60,824 nucleotides of DNA from Thermoproteota archaeon (GCA_037917685.1 JAVCBU010000001.1:1-60824); one strand, 5' to 3'; shown: positions 40,288 to 50,218, counted from the stretch's first letter. Made by a program: numbers and translations. Notes: generated by a model not told the origin, from the letters alone.

Positions 40288-40404
40288 TGGAGCCGCCGGC
40301 GGGATTTGAACCCGCGACCACCGGATTTCTCGTCTGCCGTTATTAACGCTACGTTACGAGTCCGGCGCATTCGGCTATTTTATCTACCGCTGTGCTACGG
40401 CGGC
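40288..40404 (-). tRNA. tRNA-Thr(CGU) with two introns (22/23 at 40370-40383, 37/38 at 40327-40354); CCA encoded
   Basis: GCCGCCG/CGGCGGC acceptor stem, GCAC/GTGC D-stem after splicing, CCGGA-CT-CGT-AA-TCCGG, GCGGG-TTCAAAT-CCCGC; BHB motifs at both introns. Confidence 0.9.
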
Positions 40405-40485
40405 ATTTCCTATTTTTTAAAAGTAGGTAAAAACTTAAAGTTTTCGTCCAACATTTACATTCGTGATATGTTGGGTGGTGTTTGC

Positions 40486-41478
40486 TTGAAGGTTAAAGAT
40501 CTTGGTGAACGAGGTTTAATTGAACGTTTTTTTAAGATTATGGGCAAGTGTGAAAGGAGTGTTTTGCCTTTAGGAGATGATGCTGTAGGATATCTCATCG
40601 ATAATGAACATGTTTTGGTTGTTAATGTTGATATGCTTGTTTGGAGTACTGACGTCCCTCCTGGGATGTCTTTAAGACAAGTTGGGCGTAAAGTTGTTAC
40701 AATGTGTGTCAGTGATGTTGCTGTTAAAGGTGCAAAACCATCAGGCATTCTCGTTTCCATCGGGATACCGGAAAATTTCCAAGTTGACCACGTTGAGGAA
40801 GTTATTAAAGGTGTTAACGAAGGAGGGCATGAATACGGGGCGTGCTTTTTAGGTGGAGATACTAACGAGTGTAAAGAGCTTGTTTTGGATGGTGTAGCGT
40901 TTGGCGTAGTAAACAAAAGTTATCTGATATCTCGTAGTGGAGCGAAAACAGGTGATATTTTGGCCATTACTGGATACTTTGGCTATACCGCTGCGGGACT
41001 TAAAATATTGCTTGAAAATCTCTCTGCTCCTAAAAACATAAAGAGAAGGTTTTTAGATGCTGTCTATAATCCTAGGGCGAAAGTAAAGGAAGCGGTTTCA
41101 TTAGCCCAAAGTAGGGCGTTGACATCGAGTATTGATAGTAGTGATGGTCTTGCATGGTCACTATATGAGTTGAGTAAGGCTAGTAATGTTGGTTTCATTA
41201 TTAGAAATTTGCCAGTTCCTAGGGAAATTGCTATTTTTGCAGAAGATCATGGTTTAGATCCTTTTGATTTAATTTTATATGGTGGGGAAGAATTTGAGCT
41301 TATAGTGACAGTGAAACCAGATATGTGGAATGAAGCTGTGAAAACTGTTGAAAAAGTAGGAGGAACCCTTATTAAAATAGGGGAAGTAACAAAAGAGAAG
41401 AAAATAGTTCTCATAGATGAGGAAGGAAACGAAAGAAGAGTAAAGCCTCGTGGATACGAACATTTTACTCGCAGTTGA
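40486..41478 (+). CDS. thiL: Thiamine-monophosphate kinase
   Basis: GERGLI, GDDA, SDVAVKGAKP, GGDTN, IDSSDGL, GGEEFEL, GYEHF; TTG 40486 follows a GGTGGTG RBS (the ORF-track N-terminus runs over tRNA-Thr). Confidence 0.93.
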   Translation: MKVKDLGERGLIERFFKIMGKCERSVLPLGDDAVGYLIDNEHVLVVNVDMLVWSTDVPPGMSLRQVGRKVVTMCVSDVAVKGAKPSGILVSIGIPENFQVDHVEEVIKGVNEGGHEYGACFLGGDTNECKELVLDGVAFGVVNKSYLISRSGAKTGDILAITGYFGYTAAGLKILLENLSAPKNIKRRFLDAVYNPRAKVKEAVSLAQSRALTSSIDSSDGLAWSLYELSKASNVGFIIRNLPVPREIAIFAEDHGLDPFDLILYGGEEFELIVTVKPDMWNEAVKTVEKVGGTLIKIGEVTKEKKIVLIDEEGNERRVKPRGYEHFTRS

Positions 41479-41491
41479 GGTGAATAAAGTA

Positions 41492-43204
41492 GTGAAAGTA
41501 ACTTTGCTAGATGGATATGTAGATGAACCTACATGTCTTGGCGTGCCTCCCTATATTTCCCCCTATATAAGATATACAGCAGGAGCTGTATGGGCAGCGA
41601 ATCCACAGGCTCAAGTAAGGTACTTTACCATTGATGAAGTTAGAAGAAACGTGGAATTTTTCCTTAAGGTAGTAGAAGATTCTGATCTATTCATTGTTGT
41701 TTTTGGTGTTTCTGTTCCAGGAAGATATCTTGGAGGAAAACCGGCGACACCTAGGGAAACTTATGAATTAGCGTTGAAGATTAAGAATCCTGTTAAAGTT
41801 ATTGGTGGTCCAGTTGCGAGATTTGGGAGCGGCGTTAGAGGTGGTATGGTTGTAAGGGACACAGGCTTGTTTGAAGAAGTTTTTGATCTAGTTGTTACTG
41901 GTGATTTGGAAATAGTAATTCATGATTTAATTTTGGAGAAATTGAAGGTTAATAAAGTTGATCCTACTCGCATTAGAGAATCTGCACATAGTATTTTTGA
42001 ATACGCAGTTAAAGGTGCAAAGGTAGTTACGCAACACCCAAGATATCCGAGGGTTATTTGTGAAATCGAAACTTATCGTGGATGTAGCCGAAAAATTACT
42101 GGTGGATGTTCTTTTTGTACTACTGCCGCATATTATGGTTTACCAGATTTTAGACCTGTAAAAGATGTTGTATGCGAGATAGAGGCACTATATCGACATG
42201 GTGTAAAGTATTTTAGGCTTGGTAACCAGCCAGATCTTTTTGCATATCAGGCAAAGGGTGTAGGAGAATTGGAATTCCCAAGGCCAAATCCAGAAGCTAT
42301 AAAAAAACTGTATCAAGGTATTAGAAATGTTGCTCCCGACTGCTACTTATGGATGGACAATGTGAATCCCGGCACAATTACACATTATCCCGAAGAGTCA
42401 AGGAAAATAGCGAAAATAATTGTAACATATAATACACCAGGGGACGTTGCAGCCTTTGGCATAGAGTCAATTGACCCGAAAGTAATAAGATTAAACAATC
42501 TCAAGTGCACCCCCAAAGAAGCTATGAAAGCAATAGAAATATTAAATGAAATTGGTAGAGAAAGGGGGTGGAACGGCTTACCTAAACTTTTGCCTGGGTT
42601 AAACTTCGTTTTTGGGCTTATAGGGGAAACAGAAAAAACCTATGAATTAAACTATTTATTTTTAAAAGAAGTTTTAGAAAAAGGTCTTCTTGTTCGCAGA
42701 ATAAATTTACGGCAAGTACTTGTGTTTCCAGGAACAAAGATGTGGAAAGTTGGGACAAAAATTCTACGGAAAAATTATCATCTCTTTAAAAAGTGGAGCA
42801 AAAGAATAAGAGATGAAATAGATATTCCAATGTTGAAAAAGGTAGTGCCGGTAGGAACTGTTTTCAAAGAAGTTATAACAGAAGCCCATTTTGGAAAAAG
42901 AACATACGCAAGACAACTAGGCACATATCCAATAACTACTGTAATCCCCGATGAACTGCCCTTGAATATGATGATTGATGTAAAAGTTATAAATCATCAA
43001 GCAAGGTCAGTAACAGCAATACCCTACCCTCTCGATGTAAACAAAGCATCAATAAGAATTCTTTCCGCAATACCGCAAATAGGAAAGAAAAGAGCTGCAA
43101 GAATAATAAAGAATAGGCCAATAAAAAACCAAAAACACCTTGAAACCGTTTTAGACAACAAAACACTAGCAAAACAAATATACCAAAACTACATAAAGAA
43201 GTGA
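41492..43204 (+). CDS. Radical SAM protein with C-terminal TRAM-like and helix-hairpin-helix domains (COG1031-like)
   Basis: LDGYVDEPTCLGVPPYISPY, EIETYRGC-x7-CSFC, RINLRQV, RQLGTYP, IPQIGKKRA. Confidence 0.85.
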   Translation: MKVTLLDGYVDEPTCLGVPPYISPYIRYTAGAVWAANPQAQVRYFTIDEVRRNVEFFLKVVEDSDLFIVVFGVSVPGRYLGGKPATPRETYELALKIKNPVKVIGGPVARFGSGVRGGMVVRDTGLFEEVFDLVVTGDLEIVIHDLILEKLKVNKVDPTRIRESAHSIFEYAVKGAKVVTQHPRYPRVICEIETYRGCSRKITGGCSFCTTAAYYGLPDFRPVKDVVCEIEALYRHGVKYFRLGNQPDLFAYQAKGVGELEFPRPNPEAIKKLYQGIRNVAPDCYLWMDNVNPGTITHYPEESRKIAKIIVTYNTPGDVAAFGIESIDPKVIRLNNLKCTPKEAMKAIEILNEIGRERGWNGLPKLLPGLNFVFGLIGETEKTYELNYLFLKEVLEKGLLVRRINLRQVLVFPGTKMWKVGTKILRKNYHLFKKWSKRIRDEIDIPMLKKVVPVGTVFKEVITEAHFGKRTYARQLGTYPITTVIPDELPLNMMIDVKVINHQARSVTAIPYPLDVNKASIRILSAIPQIGKKRAARIIKNRPIKNQKHLETVLDNKTLAKQIYQNYIKK

Positions 43205-43211
43205 AGAAAAA

Positions 43212-43237
43212 TGGCGGGCCCGGCGAGATAAGCCCGC
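43212..43237 (-). other. Orphan tRNA 3'-end fragment
   Basis: GCGGG-CTTAT-CTCGC-CGGGCCC-G-CCA preceded by GAAAAG-TTTTAA (BRE/TATA-like) and followed by TTTTTCTT. Confidence 0.6.
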
Positions 43238-43926
43238 TGTAGTGAGCGGATACCTTAAAACTTTTCATTTCAATTTTCAACCAGCAAGCTATGCTACTCA
43301 CACTGCTAATAATTCTAAAGCACCATCTTATATAATGATCGATTAATAATACTTGAGTGTGCAAGCGTATTCCTAAATACAAAATATAATAGGTAGCAGT
43401 TGAAATCTGCTAATTTTAATTTCTTCTAGAGCAAAATTATGGGGAATAGCTGTCACCTCATAGATAATAGAAAAACCTATATTCATGCAGCTGTAAATGG
43501 ATTACAAGTCTGATATAGCCTTTACAACAAATAGATGAAGGGTATTAAAATTATTTAATAAGTTTCTTCCTTCGTCTAAAGCATTGGAATAGAAATTTCG
43601 ATCAATAATTCCCAAATTTTCCCTAGTGCGCGTTCGATTAGATTAAAAGCAAATCAAATCTTATTCTTCAAAGAAGAATAGGCAGAACATAGGGTTTTGG
43701 TCTCTAATCCAAAGCTTAAACTTAAATACCGAAAGAAGCAAAATATAAAGTTCACTGGGGAAAAGAATTCAAGAGAAGGTAAATCAAAGAAGATTTGAAG
43801 CTAAAAATTAGTTCTACTGTAGGATGAATAAATGGATTAAATACCTTAAATAACCACTTAATTCTTTATTGTAAGATTATTACAAGTTACGTTTATACTT
43901 TTCTATAATCTTAGGTTTAGATGATG

Positions 43927-44370
43927 TTAAATGACAAAGTATTCGGGGCATATTTTCATATTTCGAATCCAGAAAGACACTTGTACGTCTTTTACGTGTG
44001 AAATGTTTGTAACTTTGAGAATTAGGTCGTATAAGTGCTCGAAATCCCGAATCACACCAATTGCCATGAGGTCACAGTCTCCCACGATTTTTGTTGCTAA
44101 AATTAGGTCTTTTATCTCAATTAATTTATTTAGAACCTCTGAAGAATATTCAGGTTCTGCATCGATCATGAGAGCTACCATGCTTTTATATCCTATTCTT
44201 TCTGGGTTGATTACAACTGTTGAACCTTGAATTACACCTTTTTTCCGCAACATTCTAAATCTGTTCACTATAGTATCTGGTGAGACTTTAAGCTTTCTAG
44301 CAATTTCTCTGAACGAGGTACGTGCGTCTTTCTTAAGCTTTTCAATTATAGTTAAGTCAATTTTATCCAT
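43927..44370 (-). CDS. Lrp/AsnC-family regulator
   Basis: DKIDLTIIEKLKKDARTSFREIARKL HTH plus RAM domain. Confidence 0.93.
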   Translation of the reverse strand: MDKIDLTIIEKLKKDARTSFREIARKLKVSPDTIVNRFRMLRKKGVIQGSTVVINPERIGYKSMVALMIDAEPEYSSEVLNKLIEIKDLILATKIVGDCDLMAIGVIRDFEHLYDLILKVTNISHVKDVQVSFWIRNMKICPEYFVI

Positions 44371-44385
44371 GTAAATACCACCTCT

Positions 44386-44850
44386 CTAAAGTTTGAATTC
44401 GAAATTTTCTGGGCAAAGTAGAACTTGTCCGACCCAAATATTCGTACTCAAGCTTTTTACATGTGGATGGCTTTTAATAAGATCTCTTACTTCATTTAAA
44501 CGGGTAATATTCTTAAAAATTGCTATACTAAACAAGTTACATCTACCTATTGATGGAACACAGAAGAGCACCTCAGGTATTTCTCGAACAAACTTAATTA
44601 CATCGTTTATGTAGGGATAGTTGACATCGATGCAGAAACTAGCTATATGTTCATATCCGAGTTTCTTTGGGTTAAGTAAGATAGTAGTTCCAGAAATTAT
44701 TCCCATTTTCTTCATTTTATTAAACCGTCTGATTACTGTATCTGTGGAAACCTTACACTGTTTTGCGATAGCTGTAAATGGAGTTCTACCGTCTTGCTGA
44801 AGGATTCTCAATATTTTAACATCAATTTCATCAAGTTTCGCCCTCGTCAT
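44386..44850 (-). CDS. Lrp/AsnC-family regulator (tandem paralogue)
   Basis: DEIDVKILRILQQDGRTPFTAIAK HTH; shares the C-terminal W....CPE.F motif with its neighbour. Confidence 0.93.
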   Translation of the reverse strand: MTRAKLDEIDVKILRILQQDGRTPFTAIAKQCKVSTDTVIRRFNKMKKMGIISGTTILLNPKKLGYEHIASFCIDVNYPYINDVIKFVREIPEVLFCVPSIGRCNLFSIAIFKNITRLNEVRDLIKSHPHVKSLSTNIWVGQVLLCPENFEFKL

Positions 44851-45062
44851 GAACTTTCCACCTTGCGAAGCCCCTGATCTGACATTATAGTATATATTTC
44901 AGTTTAAAAACTTATAGCGTCCGACGAGGCCACGTTTTTCGGTCATTTTACTCTCGCTTTTTTATCCTTAGATGTGCGAAAATGTCAGATATTAACTCCC
45001 ATATATCGGACGAAATCTTTATTAATAACTGTAAATAACTGTACTACCCCAAATTTACAAAG

Positions 45063-45347
45063 GTGAAAGCATTGAGCATCGGACATATACTCGAAAAAGA
45101 GTTGAGAAAGAAGCGATATTGTTGTGCCCACTGTGGTTATACATGGATCGAGTATGTTGGTCTTATCATTGAAAAAAGAAAGGGGTCAGATGATTTACAT
45201 CTTCGGATAGGATACGGCATGCCCTCTGAATGTCAAGAATGTGGATGTGATCTCGTATACGAAGTAGCACTCCCCGAAGAAAATCAGCAAAATGAAGTTA
45301 GTTTTGAAGGTATTAAAAGAATCATAAAAGAAAGAATGGAAGTATAA
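45063..45347 (+). CDS. Small zinc-ribbon/rubredoxin-like hypothetical protein
   Basis: CAHC...CQEC pair; first gene of the hdr operon. Confidence 0.6.
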   Translation: MKALSIGHILEKELRKKRYCCAHCGYTWIEYVGLIIEKRKGSDDLHLRIGYGMPSECQECGCDLVYEVALPEENQQNEVSFEGIKRIIKERMEV

Positions 45348-45379
45348 CATTTATGATTAAGTAAGATGGAGGTCGCAAA

Positions 45380-48300
45380 ATGAGGAACATGACTGGAGAT
45401 ATACTTGTAATAGGTGGTGGAGTGGCTGGTATATCAGCGTCCTTAGAACTCGCCGAGAAAGGGTTTAAAGTTTACTTAGTGGAAAAGGAACCTTCAATCG
45501 GAGGACATATGGCCCAACTGGATAAAACTTTTCCGACGCTTGATTGTTCTATATGTATTCTTGGACCGAAAATGGTTGAAGTTTCCAGACATCCTAATAT
45601 AAAACTCCTTGCATATTCTGAAATCGTAGATGTAAAGCCTATAAAAAACGGGTCTGCATTCCAAGTCAAAATACTTAAAAAACCACGGTATGTAGATGAG
45701 GAAAAATGCACCGGGTGCCGAAGATGTGAAGAAAAATGTCCAACCAAAGTTCCCAGCGAATTCGAAGAACAAATGGGCTTAAGAAAAGCAATTTACATCC
45801 CTTTCCCGCAAGCTGTGCCAAATATTGCGACCATCGACAAAGATCACTGTCTTTATCTTACTAAAGGAGTTTGCAGAGTCTGTGAAAAAGTGTGTCCAGC
45901 AGGTGCGATTAATTTCGACCAAAAACCTCAGGAACTTGTGATGGAGGTTGCTTCCATAATTGTTGCAACTGGTTTTTCTCTCTTGAATCCATCCGTTTTG
46001 CCACAGTATGGGTATGGTAGATTTCAAGACGTTATAACATCATTACAGTATGAACGCCTTATGAACGCTGCTGGACCTACGAGTGGAGAGATTATTAGAC
46101 CGTCGGATAAAACACATCCAAAACGAATTGCAATTATTCAATGTGTTGGGTCCAGAAACAAAAAAATAAAGGATTATTGTTCACAGATTTGCTGTATGTA
46201 TGCAGCAAAGCAGGCTATAGTTACGAAAGAACATGACCCAAGTATAGATGTGATAGTTTTCTATAATGATCTGAAAGCATCTGGTAAAGGTCATGAAGAG
46301 CTAATAAGAAGAGCTGCCGAAGAATATCAAATTAAATACATAAAGGGATTGCCAAGCGAAGTTTTATGGAACGAGAAAAGTAAGAATTTACTAATAAGGT
46401 ATGCTGATCTTCCCAATGGAGAAATTAAATCTGTAGAAGTGGATTTGGTAGTTCTTTGTCCTGCAGTAGTCCCGGGAGATGATATGTCCAAATTAGCTGA
46501 AATTCTCGGAATAGAATTGAATGAGTTTGGTTTCTTTAAGTCTACTGGAGGCATATCAGTTAATACTAATGTTCCTGGTATGTATGTATGTGGCGCGTGT
46601 CAAAATCCCAAAGATATTTCTCACAGTGTAATGCAAGCACTAGCTGCTGCAGCTCAAGCAGCAAGTAGAGTAAAACATGCGAATAGACAAACACGCACTT
46701 TAAGCAAAGCAAGTACGTCGAAAAAGGGAAAAACATTAGCTCAAGAACCAAGAATAGGTGTTTTTGTATGTCATTGCGGTCTTAATATAGCTGCTGTTGT
46801 AGACGTTAAGTCCGTCGTGGAGGAAGTAAAGAAACTTGACAATGTTGTTCATGCAGAAGATTTAATGTTTACATGTTCTAAGGACGGAACAGAGCGAATT
46901 AAGGAGGCTATTAAAAAATACAATCTTAATAGAGTTATAGTGGCTTCATGTACTCCAAGAACTCATGAGCCGTTATTCCGCACAGTATGTGAGGAAGCAG
47001 GATTAAATCCATACTTATTTGAAATGGTTAACATTAGGGAACACGTTGCTTGGGTTCATAAAAATTATCCTGAAGAAGCAACTGAGAAAGCAAAGGAACT
47101 TGTTAGAATGGCTGTGGCAAAAGCAAGGCTTCTAGAACCATTGGAACGGATGGAAGTAGAAGTTACTCCTGCTGCCCTTGTTATTGGAGGAACAGTTAGT
47201 GGTCTTATAGCTGCGAAAAACATCGCCGACAGTGGATTTAAAACATATCTTATCGAAAGTAGAGATAAAATAGGATATGACTTACATCTTTACGGATGCG
47301 ATGAAGAGATTAAATGGGTTTCTCACCTAATTAACTCTATAAATAAACATGAAAACATTGAGGTTCTTCTCTCCACTAAAATAGAGGATATTAGGGGCTC
47401 AATAGGAAATTTCAGCGTTAAACTAAGTCAAAATGGATCCAGTAAGGAAATTAAAGTTGGAACAATAGTCGTAGCAACTGGTGCTGAAGAGCTTAAGCCA
47501 ATGGGACTATATGGTTACGGAAAATTTAACAACATTTATACTATGTCTGAGTTCCAGCAAATAGATGACAACCTGAAAGATGGAGAAACCATAGTATTTA
47601 TCTTATGTGCTGGTGCTAGAGAAAAATCTGGTCTAACATACTGTTCTGCTATTTGCTGCGAAAAAGCTCTAAGAGAAGCAATTAAAATCAAAAACAAGTA
47701 TCCAAAGCTGAATGTGTACGTTTTATACAGAGATATAAGGTTGCCAGTTGAAGGTGAAAAACTTTATCGCCAAGCTCGTGAAGCTGGAATAGATTTCATA
47801 AGGTATGATTTAGATAGAATGCCTGAAATCCGTCAAGAAGACGGAAAATTCGTTATGAATGCTTATGACGTTACGTCCCAAATAGATTTGGAAATATTCG
47901 TTGATAAAGTTGTTTTAGTTACACCAATTGTACCTATTGAAGAAAATCGCGAACTTTCATCTAAACTCAAAGTCCCTCTTGACGACCACGGGTTCTTCCT
48001 AGAAGCTCATCCAAAACTTAGACCCGCAGATTTCGCAGTCGATGGTATTTTCCTCTGTGGACCAGCCTATGGTCCGCAAAGACTAGATGAAAACATTTTC
48101 CAAGCATTAGCTGCAGCCTCGCGGGCTCTTACCCCACTAATGCAAGGAAAAGTAATTACCGAAGCTATTATAGCTGATGTTAATCCAGAACTTTGCACAG
48201 GTTGTGGACGATGTGAAAATGTTTGCGAATTCGGTGCAATCAAACTAGAATTCACTTCAGATAAACGACTGGTGGCTAAAGTTGATCCATCACTATGTAA

Positions 48301-48829
48301 AGGATGTGGATCATGTTCAGTTGAATGCCCCGCAAGAGCTATAACGTTGCATCACTTTAGAAATGACCAGATTTTGAGTATGCTTAGAGCTGCATTTGAA
48401 AAACCAGCACCAAGAGATAAGCCTAAAATTATAGCTTTCTTCTGCAACTGGTGTGGTTATGCCGCAGCGGATACGGCAGGTGTAAGCCGCTACGAATATC
48501 CACCAGCTGTTGAAATCATTCGTGTTATGTGTAGTGCCAGAGTAGATCCGCTTCACATACTTTATGCCTTTCTACTGGGGGCCGATGGTGTATTAATTGT
48601 CGGATGCCATCCAGGTGACTGTCATTATATCTCTGGAAACTTAAGGGCTGAAAGACGCATACTACAGGTAAAAGAATGGTTAAAAGACATTGGTTTAGAA
48701 CCAGAGAGAGTTAGACTTGAATGGGCTTCAGCCGGAGAAGGATTAAGAATAGCTAAGATTATTGAAGAATTTACACATCAAATAGAGGAACTTGGGTTAA
48801 ATCCTTTGAGAAGGGGGGTTAGTTCATGA
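45380..48829 (+). CDS. hdrA: Heterodisulfide reductase subunit A-like flavoprotein (two HdrA-type modules) fused to MvhD
   Basis: GGGVAG, LDKTFPTLDCSIC, QCVGSR, CSQICC, GVFVCHCG, ASCTPRTHE, NIREH, HPKLRP, ferredoxin motifs; C-terminal MvhD FFCNWCGY/RVMCSARVD/GCHPGDCHY. Confidence 0.93.
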   Translation: MRNMTGDILVIGGGVAGISASLELAEKGFKVYLVEKEPSIGGHMAQLDKTFPTLDCSICILGPKMVEVSRHPNIKLLAYSEIVDVKPIKNGSAFQVKILKKPRYVDEEKCTGCRRCEEKCPTKVPSEFEEQMGLRKAIYIPFPQAVPNIATIDKDHCLYLTKGVCRVCEKVCPAGAINFDQKPQELVMEVASIIVATGFSLLNPSVLPQYGYGRFQDVITSLQYERLMNAAGPTSGEIIRPSDKTHPKRIAIIQCVGSRNKKIKDYCSQICCMYAAKQAIVTKEHDPSIDVIVFYNDLKASGKGHEELIRRAAEEYQIKYIKGLPSEVLWNEKSKNLLIRYADLPNGEIKSVEVDLVVLCPAVVPGDDMSKLAEILGIELNEFGFFKSTGGISVNTNVPGMYVCGACQNPKDISHSVMQALAAAAQAASRVKHANRQTRTLSKASTSKKGKTLAQEPRIGVFVCHCGLNIAAVVDVKSVVEEVKKLDNVVHAEDLMFTCSKDGTERIKEAIKKYNLNRVIVASCTPRTHEPLFRTVCEEAGLNPYLFEMVNIREHVAWVHKNYPEEATEKAKELVRMAVAKARLLEPLERMEVEVTPAALVIGGTVSGLIAAKNIADSGFKTYLIESRDKIGYDLHLYGCDEEIKWVSHLINSINKHENIEVLLSTKIEDIRGSIGNFSVKLSQNGSSKEIKVGTIVVATGAEELKPMGLYGYGKFNNIYTMSEFQQIDDNLKDGETIVFILCAGAREKSGLTYCSAICCEKALREAIKIKNKYPKLNVYVLYRDIRLPVEGEKLYRQAREAGIDFIRYDLDRMPEIRQEDGKFVMNAYDVTSQIDLEIFVDKVVLVTPIVPIEENRELSSKLKVPLDDHGFFLEAHPKLRPADFAVDGIFLCGPAYGPQRLDENIFQALAAASRALTPLMQGKVITEAIIADVNPELCTGCGRCENVCEFGAIKLEFTSDKRLVAKVDPSLCKGCGSCSVECPARAITLHHFRNDQILSMLRAAFEKPAPRDKPKIIAFFCNWCGYAAADTAGVSRYEYPPAVEIIRVMCSARVDPLHILYAFLLGADGVLIVGCHPGDCHYISGNLRAERRILQVKEWLKDIGLEPERVRLEWASAGEGLRIAKIIEEFTHQIEELGLNPLRRGVSS

Positions 48830-49338
48830 GTAAAACTGTAACTTCTTTCAAATCCACCGAAGTAGATTCTAGCTTGAAATTTAAGATTGCAAATACAGAA
48901 TTAGGAGGTAAAGCTTTCTGGTGTGTACAGTGCGGTGTATGTACCTCTGGGTGTCCTGTTGCTGAATTTCTGAAGCCTCATCAAATAGTTAAGATGGTTG
49001 CGTTAGGATTAAAAGAGCAGCTAATTAACTGTAGGGAGATTTGGCTGTGTACTACCTGCTTTACATGTTCACAGAGATGCCCACAAGAAGTTGATCCAGC
49101 AAATATCCTATTTTTACTGAAGAATATGGCAGCAGAACAAGGTATACTTCCTAAAGGATTGATAGATATAGGTAAGAGTCTAACTGAAACTGGAAGGGTC
49201 ATTAAGATCAGTGCTGGTCGAGAAAGGAAAAGAGCGGAACTTGGGCTTCCAAAGGTTCCGCAAGTGCATGTTGAAAAAAATAGGAAAATTTTGGAAGAAA
49301 CTAGCCTTATAAAAACTTTGGAGGGGGTAAAGCAATGA
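48826..49338 (+). CDS. hdrC: Heterodisulfide reductase subunit C
   Basis: CVQCGVCTSGCP and WLCTTCFTCSQRCP. Confidence 0.93.
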   Translation: MSKTVTSFKSTEVDSSLKFKIANTELGGKAFWCVQCGVCTSGCPVAEFLKPHQIVKMVALGLKEQLINCREIWLCTTCFTCSQRCPQEVDPANILFLLKNMAAEQGILPKGLIDIGKSLTETGRVIKISAGRERKRAELGLPKVPQVHVEKNRKILEETSLIKTLEGVKQ

Positions 49339-50216
49339 AATATGCATACTACTTGGGATGCTGGATTCCAGCGAGATTGAATCAATATGACTTGTCCACC
49401 CGTGTCATAGCAAGGAAACTTGGAATTGAACTCGTGGATCTGGAAGGTGCAGGTTGTTGCGGTACAGTACTTGTTCGCTCTGTAAACTTTAGGACTAATT
49501 TGATGATGAGCGCTAGGATATTAGCGCTAGCTAAAAACATGGGACTTGATCTTCTTGTCCTCTGCAACGGTTGCTACGAGTCTCTCACTGAAGCGGAGAA
49601 CTTGATTAAAACAAACGAAAACTTTAGGGAAGAAGTTAACGCCCTACTCAAATCCACAGATAACTTGGTTTATGAAGACAATAAAAAAGTTAAACACTTA
49701 ATTCAAGTTTTGCACGGTGACATAGGGCTCGAAAAGCTTAGGGATGAAATCAAAGAGCCGCTTGACGGTTTAAGAGTAGCGGTTCACTACGGTTGCCATA
49801 TCTTACGACCATCTGATAGATTAAAATTTGACGATGCCGAGAACCCAAAAATACTTGATGAACTTGTTGAAGTCACTGGTGCAAAAAGTATTTACTGGCC
49901 TCTTAAACTCTGGTGTTGTGGTTCACCAATATTGGCAATAGATAGGAACTTAAGTTTATCTATAGCTGGGATGAAGCTGAAAAGCGCTAAGGAAGCTGAA
50001 GCTGACTGTATAGTAACCATCTGTCCATCTTGCCAGATTCAATTTGACACTTTGCAGCCTGAAATAAGCAAAGTTACTGGAGAACAATACAATATACCTG
50101 TACTTCTTTATCCCCAACTGCTTGGACTTGCTATGGGATTTACACCTGAAGAAGTAGGTTTACATCTTAATAAGATAGGTGCAGATAGCCTACTAAAACT
50201 TCTAAGTAAAGCTTAG
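49335..50216 (+). CDS. hdrB: Heterodisulfide reductase subunit B
   Basis: Two CCG domains: YLGC/GCCG/CNGC and HYGCH/WCCG/CPSC. Confidence 0.93.
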   Translation: MKYAYYLGCWIPARLNQYDLSTRVIARKLGIELVDLEGAGCCGTVLVRSVNFRTNLMMSARILALAKNMGLDLLVLCNGCYESLTEAENLIKTNENFREEVNALLKSTDNLVYEDNKKVKHLIQVLHGDIGLEKLRDEIKEPLDGLRVAVHYGCHILRPSDRLKFDDAENPKILDELVEVTGAKSIYWPLKLWCCGSPILAIDRNLSLSIAGMKLKSAKEAEADCIVTICPSCQIQFDTLQPEISKVTGEQYNIPVLLYPQLLGLAMGFTPEEVGLHLNKIGADSLLKLLSKA

Positions 50217-50218
50217 AG

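Noticed and set aside
40282-40485. N-terminal extension of ThiL in the ORF track
   Set aside because: It is the antisense of tRNA-Thr; the real start has an RBS at ~40486.
45380-50216. Selenocysteine/pyrrolysine recoding, or Hdr as proof of methanogenesis
   Set aside because: ORFs are continuous with Cys at the expected positions; HdrABC is widespread in non-methanogens and no mcr is present in the window.
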